Assembly (NCBI GenBank): GCA_963715985.1
Contig: CAVQSP010000014.1
Coordinates: 32,001-96,000, forward strand
Origin: an uncultured Thermoleophilia bacterium
GTDB taxonomy: Bacteria > Actinomycetota > Thermoleophilia > UBA2241
Direction of reading: 5' to 3'
Length of the DNA stretch: 64,000 bases
In this document: positions 35,333 to 45,759 of the stretch, in pieces
Layout: each line of letters opens with the position of its first letter
Position numbering within the stretch: position 1 is the stretch's first letter
Notes under the pieces: model-generated
Database searches by the model: none
What the model saw: the letters and a program-made list of their open reading frames with translations, nothing else
Told to the model about the DNA's origin: nothing
Position numbers and translations under genes: made by a program

Positions 35333-35949
35333 CGACGAGCTCCTCGGTCTCTTCCCTCTGGGCATCGTGCTGCTGCCCGGCGAGGTCGTGCCGCTGCACA
35401 TCTTCGAGGAGCGCTACAAGCTGCTGGTGCAGGAGCGCCTGGACGGCGGCGAGTTCGGCATCATCCTCGCCGACGACGAGGGCGCCCGTGAGTGCGGGTG
35501 CACGGCGCGCGTGGCGGAGCTTCTGGAGGAGCTGGACGACGGCCGCATGAACATCCTCGTGGAGGGCGGCCGGCGCTTTCGCGTCGCGGACCTTCACCAC
35601 TCCGGACGACCCGGCCACCGAGTACCTCCGCGGGCTCGTGGAGTACTTCGACGATGAGGACGTGGAGGCGCCGGAGCAGCTGCGGGCGGCCGTGCTCGAG
35701 GCCTTCCGCAAGATGCTCCTGCTCATGGACGTGGAGGCACCGCGCGAGCCCGTCGGTGGTCAGCTGCTCTCGTTCCGCGTGGCGGCGGCCGTGGATTTCG
35801 GCACGCCCCTCAAGCAGGAGCTGCTCGAGTCCCTCTCCGAATCCCAGCGGCTGGAGACGCTGCTCACGGTCATGGAGACCCTGCTGCCGCGGCTCAAGTT
35901 GCGCAAGGAGCGCGAAGAGGCCATCCGCGGCAACGGCAAGGGCTACTAA
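35319..35949 (+). CDS. LON peptidase substrate-binding domain protein (frameshift at ~35600)
   Basis: LFPLGIVLLPGEVVPLHIFEERY, LDDGRMNILVEGGRRF, KQELLESLSESQRL. Confidence 0.85.
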
Positions 35950-36921
35950 GGCACGAGCACGATCTTGCCGAGGTGCGGCCCGGCGAGCAGTTCGTGGGCG
36001 CGCCGGGCCTCTGCCAGCGGCAGCGTCTCCCCGATCACCGGCCTCACCTTGCCGGCCGCCGCCATGGCGCCGATCTCGGCGGCGATCGCCGCCACACCGG
36101 CGCGGCCGGCGTTGCTGAGGCTCATGAAGAGCAGGCTGGCGTCCTTGGCCAGCGCCTCGCCGATGGGCACGGTCGCCTCCGGCGACGGTCCCTGGCCCGT
36201 GCACACGATGCGCCCGCCCTTGGCCACCAGCCTCACGTCGGCCGGCAGGTTGAGCGCTGATGACGAGCTCGTGGACGAGGTCGAAGCCCTTGCCTTCGGT
36301 CAGCTCCAGGCCGCGGGCCACGACGTCCTCCGCCTTGTAGTCGATCACGTCGGTGGCGCCGAGGCTGCGCACGAGGTCCGCCTCGGCCTCGCCGGCCACG
36401 GTGCCCACCACGCGGGCGCCGAGCGCCGTGGCCAGCTGCACTGAGGCGGACCCGACGCCGCCGGCCGCGCCCTGGACGAGTACGGTCTCTCCGGCCTGCA
36501 CGGCGCCGCGGCGCACGAGGGCATAGTAGGCGGTGGGGAACACCATGCCCAGGGCGGCGGCCTCCGGCATCGAGAGCCCTGCGGGAACAGGGACCGCCGC
36601 GGCCTCGAAGACCACGACGTACTCCGCGTAGCTCCCCTCGCTGCCCACGCCGAGCCCGCTGAAGAACACGGCGTCGCCCGGCTTCAGGCCGGTGACCTCG
36701 TCACCGACTGCTTCGACCACGCCGGCGCCGTCGGAGCCGATGATCTTGGGGGGCTGCTTGGGGGTCGGGAAGCGGTCCTCGCGCACGGCCACGTCGATGG
36801 GGTTCACCGTGGCGGCGGCGACGCGCACCAGCACCTGGCCGGGCTTGGGCTCGGGGGTCGGGACTTCCTCGTAGACCAGCACCTCCGGCCCGCCGTACTC
36901 GTGGATGCGCACCGCCTTCAT
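35946..36921 (-). CDS. NADPH:quinone reductase / MDR-family oxidoreductase (frameshift at ~36253)
   Basis: MKAVRIHEYGGPEVL, VNPID, GSDGAG, VQGAAGGVG, C-terminal HLGKIVL. Confidence 0.88.
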
Positions 36922-37003
36922 CTCGTCGCCTCCTCAGCTCCGCTCGTCAGACGTCCGCAGAGACTGTACCCGCGACGCCCGCGTGGCTACCGGGCGGCGG
37001 CGC

Positions 37004-38044
37004 TCAGGCCGGCAGGGACGGCTGCGCCGTCTGCCGGCGCCCGCGCCGCAGCCGCCGGGCGACGTACCAGATCACGAGGGCGACGCCGCCGAACACGATG
37101 ACGAAGGGGAGCACGGCGGTCACTGCGAGCGCCGTGACGCGAGCGCCGTGGACGAGGATCCGGAGGGAGTGCCGCAGGGTCCCGCCGAACGTGGCCGAGG
37201 GACCGGCGGCGACGGCCGCGGCACCCTTCTCGCGCACGAAGACCGACAGGGTGCCGTAGGTGGTCTGCTCGCGCAGCGACTTGAGCTGGGCGCTCAGCTG
37301 CTCGATCTCCAGCTGCACCTTGTCGATGCGGTCCTGCACGGCCAGCATCTCGTTGATGGTGTCGGTCTGGGCGAGGAAGCGCACCAGGCGGGTCTCCACG
37401 GCGCGCTGGTGCTTGAGGCGCGCCTGCAGGTCCACGTACTGCGACGTGACGTCCTCGCTGGCGGTGGACACGCTCTCCACCTCTCCCAGCGCGGCGAAGC
37501 GCTTGATGGTCGCGTCGAAGCTGCGCTCGGGGACGCGGACGGTGAGCGTGGCATACGGGCTTGAGGTGGCGGAGGAGCTGCTCACCGGGGAGTCGGGGGC
37601 GGGAACGACGTCTCCGCCCGTCTCGGCGAGCGGGACCGGCGTGCCGTAGTCGCTGCCCACGGCGCTGGACATCACGTACCCGCCGGACGCGACCGTCATC
37701 GAGGTGAGGCGGTCGACGGTGGACAGCAGCGTGCCGCGCTTGACCAGCAGCGAGAGGTCGCCGGTGCGCAGCAGGTGGTGCGCGGAGTAGGTGGAGGCGG
37801 GTGGCACGGCGAGGGCCACGTCGCCGGACGAGGTGGTGGACATGTTGTCGGCCGCCGGGGCGCCCGCCGAGCCCCCGCCCAGCTCGGCCACCGACGCGGC
37901 GGCGCGTGCGGCGGTCTTCTGGGCGCCGTCTCCGCGGGAGTTCGTCGTGGTCAACGCGCCGACGAGCGCGAACAGGCCTACGAGTCCGGCGAGGCAGGCG
38001 ATGAGGATCGGTACGAGTACTCTGAGTCTGGGCTTGCGTGCCAT
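37004..38044 (-). CDS. DUF4349-type membrane-anchored protein
   Basis: N-terminal TM, LTVRVP, EDVTSQYVDLQARL, coiled coil, C-terminal TM. Confidence 0.8.
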   Translation of the reverse strand: MARKPRLRVLVPILIACLAGLVGLFALVGALTTTNSRGDGAQKTAARAAASVAELGGGSAGAPAADNMSTTSSGDVALAVPPASTYSAHHLLRTGDLSLLVKRGTLLSTVDRLTSMTVASGGYVMSSAVGSDYGTPVPLAETGGDVVPAPDSPVSSSSATSSPYATLTVRVPERSFDATIKRFAALGEVESVSTASEDVTSQYVDLQARLKHQRAVETRLVRFLAQTDTINEMLAVQDRIDKVQLEIEQLSAQLKSLREQTTYGTLSVFVREKGAAAVAAGPSATFGGTLRHSLRILVHGARVTALAVTAVLPFVIVFGGVALVIWYVARRLRRGRRQTAQPSLPA

Positions 38045-38260
38045 TGCTACCCTCCCCCTCGGGCCGCGCGGGACGCGGCCGCTTAGCTGTCGGGTGAGAC
38101 GGCATCGCGGTCCGCAGGGTTCGCACGACCCCGTTCCTGCTCGTCAAGGTCGTGGGTCCCCTCCGGACCGCTGGTGAGGCTGTGTCGATCGTACCGCCGC
38201 CTGCTGCGGTCCAATCGAGTCCTCGCCCCCGGTAGAATCGGCACCGGCGAGAGGAGGAAC

Positions 38261-38719
38261 GTGGGCGGCAGTGGCGACATCACCATCGGGGAGTTCACCA
38301 TGGACGACTACCCCGTGGTGTACGTGCTCTGGCAGCGCGGCGGCCTGTGGATGCGACCGTCGGACGGCCCCCGGCCGACGCTGCTCAAGCTGGCGCGCGA
38401 CCCCCAGCTCTTCCTCGTCGCGCGCGACGCCGGCGGCGCCATCGTGGGCACCGTCATGGGCGGCTGGGACGGGCGGCGCGCGTACGTGTACCACCTCGCC
38501 GTCATGCCGGAGCGCACGCGCCAGGGCGTAGCCACGCTGCTCATGGACGAGCTCGAGGAGCGCTTCCGCCGTCTGGGCGCGCTCAAGGCGAAGATGCAGA
38601 TCCTCGTGGACAACGACGTCTCCAAGGCGTTCTTCGCCGCGCGCGGCTACGTGCGTGAGGATGACTGCGAACCGTGGGGCAAGGAGCTCGTCAAAGGCGG
38701 GGCGCCGCCGACGAGGTGA
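38261..38719 (+). CDS. GNAT family N-acetyltransferase (YpeA-like)
   Basis: IVGTVMGGWDGRRAYVYHLAVMPE..RQGVATLLM; GAGGAGG RBS. Confidence 0.88.
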   Translation: MGGSGDITIGEFTMDDYPVVYVLWQRGGLWMRPSDGPRPTLLKLARDPQLFLVARDAGGAIVGTVMGGWDGRRAYVYHLAVMPERTRQGVATLLMDELEERFRRLGALKAKMQILVDNDVSKAFFAARGYVREDDCEPWGKELVKGGAPPTR

Positions 38720-38764
38720 TGACCCGCGGCGCCCCCGTGAGGGGCGCAGGGCGAGGGAGAGGAT

Positions 38765-38808
38765 GACGGCGGGCGGCGGTCCCCGAGGGGACCGCCGCCC
38801 GCCGTCAC
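38765..38808. terminator. Hairpin between convergent genes
   Basis: tgacggcgggcggcggtccc-cgag-gggaccgccgcccgccgtca inverted repeat. Confidence 0.7.
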
Positions 38809-38827
38809 GCCGCTCTCTGCAACCGGC

Positions 38828-39924
38828 TCAGCCTCTCGGCTGCTGCTGCGTGATGCAGTGTACGTTGCCGCCGCCGAGCACGATCTCGCGGCCGGGCACG
38901 GTGACGACCTCCCGCTGCGGGAAGACGCCGGCGACGATCTCCTTCGCCACGGCGTCGTTGGGGTCGCCGAACGTCGGCAGGATGATGCCGTCGTTCACGA
39001 TGAGGAAGTTGAGGTAGGACGCGGCGGTCTTGTCGCCGGGCCGCCTCGGGATCGAGCCCTCGGCGCTGTCCACGCCCCACGCCTCGTCTGCGGTGATCTC
39101 CATGATCGCCGGCATCGGCACGGTGTGGACCTCGAGCGCCGCGCCCCTTCGCGTCCGTCGTCTCCCGCAGCACGCCGCAGGTTGTCCTGCAGCAGCTCGT
39201 AGCGCCAGTCGTCCTCGTCCTCGGTGATCGCGGCCAGCACGACGCCGGGCCGCACGAAGCAGGCGACGTCGTCGACGTGGCCGTTGGTCTCGTCGGGGTC
39301 GATGCCCCGGCCCAGCCAGATGACCTTCTCCACGTTCAGGTAGTCGCGCAGGTGCTGCTCGATCTGCTCACGGCTCAGGTCCGGGTTGCGGCCGGGGCTG
39401 AGGAGGCACTCCTCGGTGGTGATGACGGTGCCCTCGCCGTCCACGTGGATCGAGCCGCCCTCCATGACGAGGTCGGCCTTGTAGCGGTCGACGCCCTCGA
39501 TCTGAGCCACCTTCTGCGGGACCAGCTGGTCCTTCTCCCAGGGGAAGTAGAGGCCGTCGTAGAGCCCGCCCCAGGCGTTGAAGTCCCAGTCGACGAGACG
39601 CACGTCACCCTCGTCGTTGACGACGAAGGTCGGGCCGCAGTCGCGCATCCAGGCGTCGTTGCTCGAGATCTCGACGACGCGCACGGAGTCGGGAAGCAGG
39701 TCGACGGCGTTCTCGTACTGGTCGTTGTTGACGCCCACCGTGACGGGCTCGAACTGCGCGATGGCCGTCGCCACCTCCACCCAGGATCGCTGCGCGGGCT
39801 TGGCGCCGAGACGCCAGTTGTCGGGGCGCTGCGGCCAGAGCATCCAGACCTGCTTGTGGGGTTCGAACTCCCCGGGCATGCGGTAGCCGTCTGCGCGCGG
39901 AGTGCTGTCGATGAGCTTGGTCAT
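38828..39924 (-). CDS. aguA: Agmatine deiminase (frameshift at ~39130-39175)
   Basis: [62 protein letters not shown]. Confidence 0.93.
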
Positions 39925-39953
39925 GCGGACCTCCCGACGGCCGTTGCGGGCCG

Positions 39954-41135
39954 TCACCTCTCGGCGGCTCGCCGCCGCGTGCTGATGTCGATGACGTCTG
40001 CGCCGTCGGCCGGAGGCGTGCCCCGCCGCGGCTTCCTCGCCGGCGCCTTGGCGACCTTCGCCTTCGGGGCCGGCGTGCGGTCGGCCTTCACGGCCGCCGG
40101 CTTCTTGGCCGGGGCGGCCGCCTTGGCCGGCGCCTCACCGGCCGGAGAGGCGGCCGAGGAGCGCCGCCGGGCCGGCTTGTCCGGCACGATGTGCGTCCCC
40201 GCCCTGCCGGCCAGCGCCGGGCCGACCTCGGTCAGCGAGGCGATCACGGATTCGCCGCCGGCGTCGACGAAGCGCAGGCAGGCCTCGACCTTGGGGCCCA
40301 TCGAGCCGGCCTTGAAGTGGCCCTCGGCGGCGTAGGTGCGCATCTGGGCGGCGCTCACCCGCGAGAGCGCCGTCTGCTCCGGCGTGCCGTAGGCCACGTA
40401 GGCCTGGGGCACGTCGGTGAGGATGAGGAGGGCGTCGGCGCCGAGCTCCCTGGCCAGCAGCGCCGCGGCGAGGTCCTTGTCGATGACCGCGTCGATGCCG
40501 GAGAGGGCGCCGCGGCTGCGGACCACGGGCACGCCGCCGCCGCCCGCGCAGATCACGAGGGCGCCGCCCTCGACGAGGTCGCGCACGGCCTCGATCTCGA
40601 CGATCTCGCACGGTTCGGGGCTGGGCACGACGCGGCGCCAGCCGCGTCCTGCGTCCTCGCGCATCGCGAGGCCCTCCTCGAGCATCATCTTCCGCGCCTG
40701 GGCCTCGGAGTAGAACGGGCCCACCGGCTTGGAGGGCGCCGCGAAGGCCTTGTCTCTGGGGTCGACGGCGACCTGGGTCACGAGGGTGACGACCGGCACC
40801 TCGAGCTTGCGCTTGCGCAGGTGGTTGGCCAGGGCCTGGGCGGCCATGTAGCCGATCTGGCCCTGGCTCTCGGCGCCGCAGACGTCCATCGGCATCGGCG
40901 CCACCGTCTTCGCCGCGAGCGCGTTCTGGATGAGGAGGTTGCCGACCTGGGGGCCGTTGCCGTGGGTGAGCACCACGCGCCAGCCGTCCTCGACGAGGGC
41001 GGCGATGCGGCGCATGGCGCCGTCGATGTTGAAGAGCTGCTCCTCGAAGGTGCCGACCTGGCCGGGCTGGAGGATGGCGTTGCCGCCGAGGGCGACGACG
41101 ACGGTCCCGCCGGTCTTCTTGCGCGTTGCTGCCAT
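39954..41135 (-). CDS. arcC: Carbamate kinase with Ala/Lys/Pro-rich C-terminal tail
   Basis: [50 protein letters not shown]. Confidence 0.93.
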   Translation of the reverse strand: MAATRKKTGGTVVVALGGNAILQPGQVGTFEEQLFNIDGAMRRIAALVEDGWRVVLTHGNGPQVGNLLIQNALAAKTVAPMPMDVCGAESQGQIGYMAAQALANHLRKRKLEVPVVTLVTQVAVDPRDKAFAAPSKPVGPFYSEAQARKMMLEEGLAMREDAGRGWRRVVPSPEPCEIVEIEAVRDLVEGGALVICAGGGGVPVVRSRGALSGIDAVIDKDLAAALLARELGADALLILTDVPQAYVAYGTPEQTALSRVSAAQMRTYAAEGHFKAGSMGPKVEACLRFVDAGGESVIASLTEVGPALAGRAGTHIVPDKPARRRSSAASPAGEAPAKAAAPAKKPAAVKADRTPAPKAKVAKAPARKPRRGTPPADGADVIDISTRRRAAER

Positions 41136-41145
41136 CGTTGTGCCT

Positions 41146-42600
41146 CTATCCTCGCGCGTCGCCCGCCGTGGCCGCCGGTGCGCCGCGGCCCTTGCGGCTG
41201 GAGTGCCAGTAGAGCCACCAGCCTATGAGCAGCGAGACGATCGTGCCACCACCGGTGATCACCCAGAACGTGCCCTTCGAGACGCCCTCCGCCGGGAAGT
41301 AGAAGAAGAGGAAGAGCGTGAGCACGATCCCGGCTTCACAGAGAAGCGTTGCGATCCAGGCCCCCGCCTTGCCGCCCGGGATGGTGTACGGGCGAGGCTG
41401 GTCTGGATGCTTGTGCCGCAGTACGAGCAGCGCCGGGAACATGAGCAGGTACGGGAACAGGAAGACGATGGACGAGAGGGCGAACAGCGTCCAGAACACG
41501 CTCGCCTGGTTCGGGTCGAGCACGTAGGCGAGCACAGTGATGCCTGTCGCGATGAGGCCCATCAGCACGAACGCGTAGTCGGGCGTGCCGAAGCGCTTGT
41601 TCTCGTGGCCGAACACGCCGGGGGCAGTCTCGTCGAGGCCGGTGGCGCTGATCGTCTGGTTGGCACCGATCGACCAGGTCACCATGTTGCCGAAGAACGT
41701 GAACAGCAGGGCGACGACGGCGATGTCGAACAGCCACGTCGCGCCGCCGAGGATGTCGTCGAACATGAGCTTGAGGGCGTCGACGATGCCGGTGACGATG
41801 CTGACGTCGGCGGTCTTGGTGGCGGCCAGGATCCCGAACGTCGCGAACATGTAGACGGCGAGGATCGCCGCGCCCGCCATGATGATCATCTTGGGCACGT
41901 CGCGCTTGGGGTCCTTGATGGCCCCGCCGGCCGAGCTCATGAGCTCGAAGCCCATGTACGAGTAGATGATGATCGGCAGGAACGACAGGCTGTCGGTGTT
42001 CCAGGCCGGCACCCACTCGCTGAGCGCGAAAGAGTTGGCGGTGCCGTGCTTGATCGCGTAGACCACGCCGAGCACGCCCAGACCGACGAGCACGATGACC
42101 TTGAGCGCGGCGCTCAGGTTGGGCACGAACTTGCTCCACTCGAGCGGCAGGATGCCGACGATCACGATGGCCCACACCATCGCGATCACGATCACGGCCT
42201 CCCAGAAGGGCGGCACGTCCACGCCGAAGGCGACCTCGATGGCGCCGATGAAGAGCACGAACACGGAGGGCGCCCAGAGGGCGACGTTGACCCAGTACAT
42301 CCACGAGGTCACCGTTCCCCAGCCGGGGCCGAAGGCGGTCTTGACCCACACGTAGATGCCGCCCTCGTCCGGCCAGGCGCTGCCCAGCTCGGCGGTGACG
42401 AACCCGTAGGGGATGAAGAAGAGCAGGCCGAGGATGATCCAGAAGCCGAGGCCCTGGACGCCCATCGCCGCCGAGCTGGCGACGGTGTCGGCGACGAGGA
42501 TCGCCGACACGCTGAACAGCACCATGCTGAACAGGCCGAACACCTTGGGTTTGTCTGCGAGCGCTCCCCCGGGCGCTCCTGGCTGGAGATCGGTCGCCAT
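41146..42600 (-). CDS. APC-family permease, probable agmatine/putrescine antiporter (AguD-like)
   Basis: About 12 TM segments; FFIPYGFVTAELGSAWPDEGGIYVWV, GFEL; located inside the agmatine deiminase cluster. Confidence 0.85.
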   Translation of the reverse strand: MATDLQPGAPGGALADKPKVFGLFSMVLFSVSAILVADTVASSAAMGVQGLGFWIILGLLFFIPYGFVTAELGSAWPDEGGIYVWVKTAFGPGWGTVTSWMYWVNVALWAPSVFVLFIGAIEVAFGVDVPPFWEAVIVIAMVWAIVIVGILPLEWSKFVPNLSAALKVIVLVGLGVLGVVYAIKHGTANSFALSEWVPAWNTDSLSFLPIIIYSYMGFELMSSAGGAIKDPKRDVPKMIIMAGAAILAVYMFATFGILAATKTADVSIVTGIVDALKLMFDDILGGATWLFDIAVVALLFTFFGNMVTWSIGANQTISATGLDETAPGVFGHENKRFGTPDYAFVLMGLIATGITVLAYVLDPNQASVFWTLFALSSIVFLFPYLLMFPALLVLRHKHPDQPRPYTIPGGKAGAWIATLLCEAGIVLTLFLFFYFPAEGVSKGTFWVITGGGTIVSLLIGWWLYWHSSRKGRGAPAATAGDARG

Positions 42601-42643
42601 GGCCGTGCGTTCCTTTCGCTGCCGCGAGTGCTGCGGGCGCCGC

Positions 42644-43654
42644 TCAGCTGAGCAGGGCTTTGCCGATGGGCTGCAGGTCCGGGTCGGCGGGCAGCTCGTC
42701 GATGCCGATGAGGGCCAGCATCAGGGCCTTCTGGAAGTGCATCCGGTTCTGGGCCTGGGGGAAGATCAGCGACATCGGGCCGTCCGCGATCTCGTCCACG
42801 ACCTCTTCGCCACGCATGGCCGGCAGGCAGTGCATGAACTTCGTCTCCGGCTTGGCGTGGCTCCACAGCTCAGGGTTGACCTGGAAGGCCTTGAAGGCCT
42901 CGATGCGGTCCTTGTACTCGTCCTCCTGGCCGGTCCACCACCAGCAGTCGGTGTAGATGAAGTCGGCGCCGGCGATGGCCTCGAGCGGGTCGTTGGTGAG
43001 GAGGAACGAGCCGCCGCTCTCGGCGGCGAACCCGGCCGCGAGCTCGGCGAGCTCAGGCGCCATCTCGTACCCGGCGGCGTTGCCGACGCGCACGTTGAGG
43101 CCGAGCTTGGTGAGTGTGGTGGAGAGGGAGTTGCAGGGGTGGGCGGCGTCACCGACGTAGGCGAACGTGACGCCGCTCAGCGTGCCGGCCTGCTCGAGGA
43201 TGGTGAGCGCGTCGCTCATGCTCTGGCAGGGGTGCCGGTCGTGGTCCATGCCGTTGATGACCGGCACGGGCGACCAGGCGGCGAGCTCGTTGACGGTCTC
43301 GTTGGCCTTGCTGCGGATCTCGATGGCCGAGTTGTACTGCGCCAGGGTGCGGGCCGTGTCGGCGATGCTCTCGCGGCCGGGCAGATGGATCTCGCCGGGG
43401 CGCAGATACAGGGCGTTGCCGCCGAGCTCGGCGAAGCCGTTCTCGAAGCTGACGCGCGTGCGCGTGGAGGCGGCCTCGAAGATCATGGCCAGGTGCTTGC
43501 CGGGGAGGAAGGGGGTGAGAGGGCGCTTCTTCCACAGTGCCTTGAGGTTCACGGCGAGCTTGAGCAGGTCCTCGAGCTCCTCGCGGGTGTAGTCGAGGTC
43601 GGTGAGGAAGTGGCGACCGCGGAACTTCTTGAGGGCGGGGAGCGTGGTGTCCAT
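42644..43654 (-). CDS. Ornithine/putrescine carbamoyltransferase family (probable putrescine transcarbamylase)
   Basis: STRTRVSFE, HPCQ, FMHCLP; operon with aguA, permease and carbamate kinase. Confidence 0.85.
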   Translation of the reverse strand: MDTTLPALKKFRGRHFLTDLDYTREELEDLLKLAVNLKALWKKRPLTPFLPGKHLAMIFEAASTRTRVSFENGFAELGGNALYLRPGEIHLPGRESIADTARTLAQYNSAIEIRSKANETVNELAAWSPVPVINGMDHDRHPCQSMSDALTILEQAGTLSGVTFAYVGDAAHPCNSLSTTLTKLGLNVRVGNAAGYEMAPELAELAAGFAAESGGSFLLTNDPLEAIAGADFIYTDCWWWTGQEDEYKDRIEAFKAFQVNPELWSHAKPETKFMHCLPAMRGEEVVDEIADGPMSLIFPQAQNRMHFQKALMLALIGIDELPADPDLQPIGKALLS

Positions 43655-43706
43655 CTCAGGTACCTCCTGCAATGCGTCGCGAGCGACGCAGGTGTTGGTC
43701 CGGGTG

Positions 43707-43760
43707 TTTGTTCGTCCGGACGGACAAATGGATACTAGCAACCACTGCGCAGACTGGCAA
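43707..43760 (-). promoter_or_regulatory. Promoter plus palindromic operator for the agu operon
   Basis: Minus-strand TTGCCA-17-TAGTAT (with TG extension); palindrome tttgttcgtccggacggacaaa at 43707-43728. Confidence 0.7.
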
Positions 43761-43947
43761 GCGCTGATGACGACCCGATGACACGGCGGTGAGGAACCGA
43801 TGATCCAGGTGGATCACTGGCGAGGAGTCGCGACCAGGGAGGACCGATGGCTCGCACACGCCGCTCCTGCCGGCCGCTCGCGCTGCGCGACGCGGCCGTC
43901 GTGAGGCGGCGGGCGTCTCGCAGCCGGGTCGCTCCAGCGGCCTGTGT

Positions 43948-44889
43948 TCAGTCCCGCGCGATCTGCGTGCCGGCTCTGCCCTCCACGATCTGCTCGATAT
44001 CGGCCAGGGAGCCGATGGCCGCCCGTTTGCCGGTGCGTTCCACGAAGCGGGCGGCGGCTTCGACCTTGGGCCCCATCGACCCGCCGGGGAACGCGTAGGC
44101 ACGCAGCTCCTGGAGTGTCACCTGTTCCAGCCTGCGCTGCTCGGGCGTGCTCCAGTCCGCGTACACCCCGTCCACGTCGGTCGCCATCACGAGCAGGTCG
44201 GCGCCGAGCTCCCGTGCCAGGAGCTCGCTGGCGAGGTCCTTGTCGATCACCGCCTCCACGCCCGTGAGCCAACGCTCCTTGGCCCGGTCGTACATGGTGG
44301 GCACGCCTCCGCCCCCGGCGCAGATGACGATGGTCTTCTTCTCAAGCAGCCAGCGGATCGGGTCGAGCTCGAAGATCTGCTTGGGCTCCGGCGACGGCAC
44401 CACACGACGCCAGAAGTCGCCGTCCTGCTTGAAGGTCCACCCCTTCTCCGCGCGAAGGGCGCTCGCCCTGTCTTCGGTGTAGACAGGGCCCACGAACTTG
44501 GTCGGATCGGCGAACGCAGGGTCCCCGGGATCGACCTCGATCATCGTGAGGACCGTGGCCAGCGGCACTTCGAAGGGCAGCAGATTACCGAGCTCCTGCT
44601 CGATCATGTAGCCGATCATGCCTTCGGTCTGGGCGCCCAGCACGTCCAGGGGGTATGCCTCGACCTCCTCGAACGCGGCCGCCTGCAGGGCAAGAAGCCC
44701 GACCTGTGGGCCGTTGCCGTGAGAGAGGACAAGCTCGTGCTTCATGGCGACGGGCGCGAGCTGCTGCGCGGCCGTTCGCACATTGGCGCGCTGCACGTCG
44801 GCGGTCATCGGCTCGCCGCGCTTCAGGAGCGCGTTGCCGCCCAGAGCGACCACCACTCTCATCGGGTCGGCGGGGACGGGGATGGTCAA
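43948..44889 (-). CDS. arcC: Second carbamate kinase
   Basis: [47 protein letters not shown]; AGGAGG RBS before TTG. Confidence 0.93.
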   Translation of the reverse strand: MTIPVPADPMRVVVALGGNALLKRGEPMTADVQRANVRTAAQQLAPVAMKHELVLSHGNGPQVGLLALQAAAFEEVEAYPLDVLGAQTEGMIGYMIEQELGNLLPFEVPLATVLTMIEVDPGDPAFADPTKFVGPVYTEDRASALRAEKGWTFKQDGDFWRRVVPSPEPKQIFELDPIRWLLEKKTIVICAGGGGVPTMYDRAKERWLTGVEAVIDKDLASELLARELGADLLVMATDVDGVYADWSTPEQRRLEQVTLQELRAYAFPGGSMGPKVEAAARFVERTGKRAAIGSLADIEQIVEGRAGTQIARD

Positions 44890-44992
44890 CTCGGGACCTC
44901 CTGTCGAGCGAACGGGCGTTTGCCCACTACGGCACCGTCCGGAGAGTGGTGGCGCCGGCCGTCGAGATCGGGTGCTGCGACCGCCGACAAGG

Positions 44993-45046
44993 TTTGTCTG
45001 TCCGGACGGATAAATGTATGCTAGCAACCAGGCGGCGCGTTGACAA
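44993..45046 (-). promoter_or_regulatory. Promoter plus palindromic operator (second copy), in divergent region with TetR gene
   Basis: Minus-strand TTGTCA-17-TAGCAT; palindrome tttgtctgtccggacggataaa at 44993-45014. Confidence 0.7.
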
Positions 45047-45080
45047 GTGCCTGTCGTTGGGCCCGTGAAAGGAGGGTGAC

Positions 45081-45755
45081 ATGACCGTGACCGACGAGAA
45101 GCGCCTGAGCCTGGCTCGCGGGGAAGGCCTGCCTCAGCCGCTCCTGCTCGAGGACCCCATGGAGTCGCTTGCTCCCACCGCGCAGCGCCTCCTCGCCGCG
45201 GCCCAGCGCCTGCTCGCCGGCGGCGGGTTCGAGGCGCTGAAGCTCTCCGCCATCGCCCGCGAGGCGGGGGAGAGCAAGGCCAGCATCGGCTATCACTTCG
45301 GCAACAAGGCCGGCCTCGTCACGGCGCTCGTGGACGCGCTTGCTCACGACTCCAACCGCGGCCTGATCGCCGAGACGTCGTCGCTGCCGCACGGCGAGGC
45401 GCGTATCCGCGCCCTCATCGACGGCGAGACCCGCATCATCGATGACGCCGAGAGCTTCCAGTCCTTCTTCGAGGTGCTGCCGCACGCGCTGCGCGACCCG
45501 GACCTGCGCGAGCGGGTCGCCGCCCTCTACGACGGGTACCGGGAGACGGTGCTGCGTTGTCTCGATGCGGAGGATGAGAGCTCGCGGAGGCGCCTGCGGC
45601 CGTTCGCGATGCTCATGATCGCCATCGTCGACGGGCTGGCCCTGCAGCACGGTCTCGACCCCGACGGCGCCGACGTGGCCGCCGCCACGGCCCTGTGGGA
45701 GCAGCTGGCGCGACCGTTCCTCAGTGACGGGGGCTCGTCCACACAGGTATCCTAG
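45081..45755 (+). CDS. TetR/AcrR family transcriptional regulator
   Basis: [43 protein letters not shown]. Confidence 0.92.
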   Translation: MTVTDEKRLSLARGEGLPQPLLLEDPMESLAPTAQRLLAAAQRLLAGGGFEALKLSAIAREAGESKASIGYHFGNKAGLVTALVDALAHDSNRGLIAETSSLPHGEARIRALIDGETRIIDDAESFQSFFEVLPHALRDPDLRERVAALYDGYRETVLRCLDAEDESSRRRLRPFAMLMIAIVDGLALQHGLDPDGADVAAATALWEQLARPFLSDGGSSTQVS

Positions 45756-45759
45756 GGGC

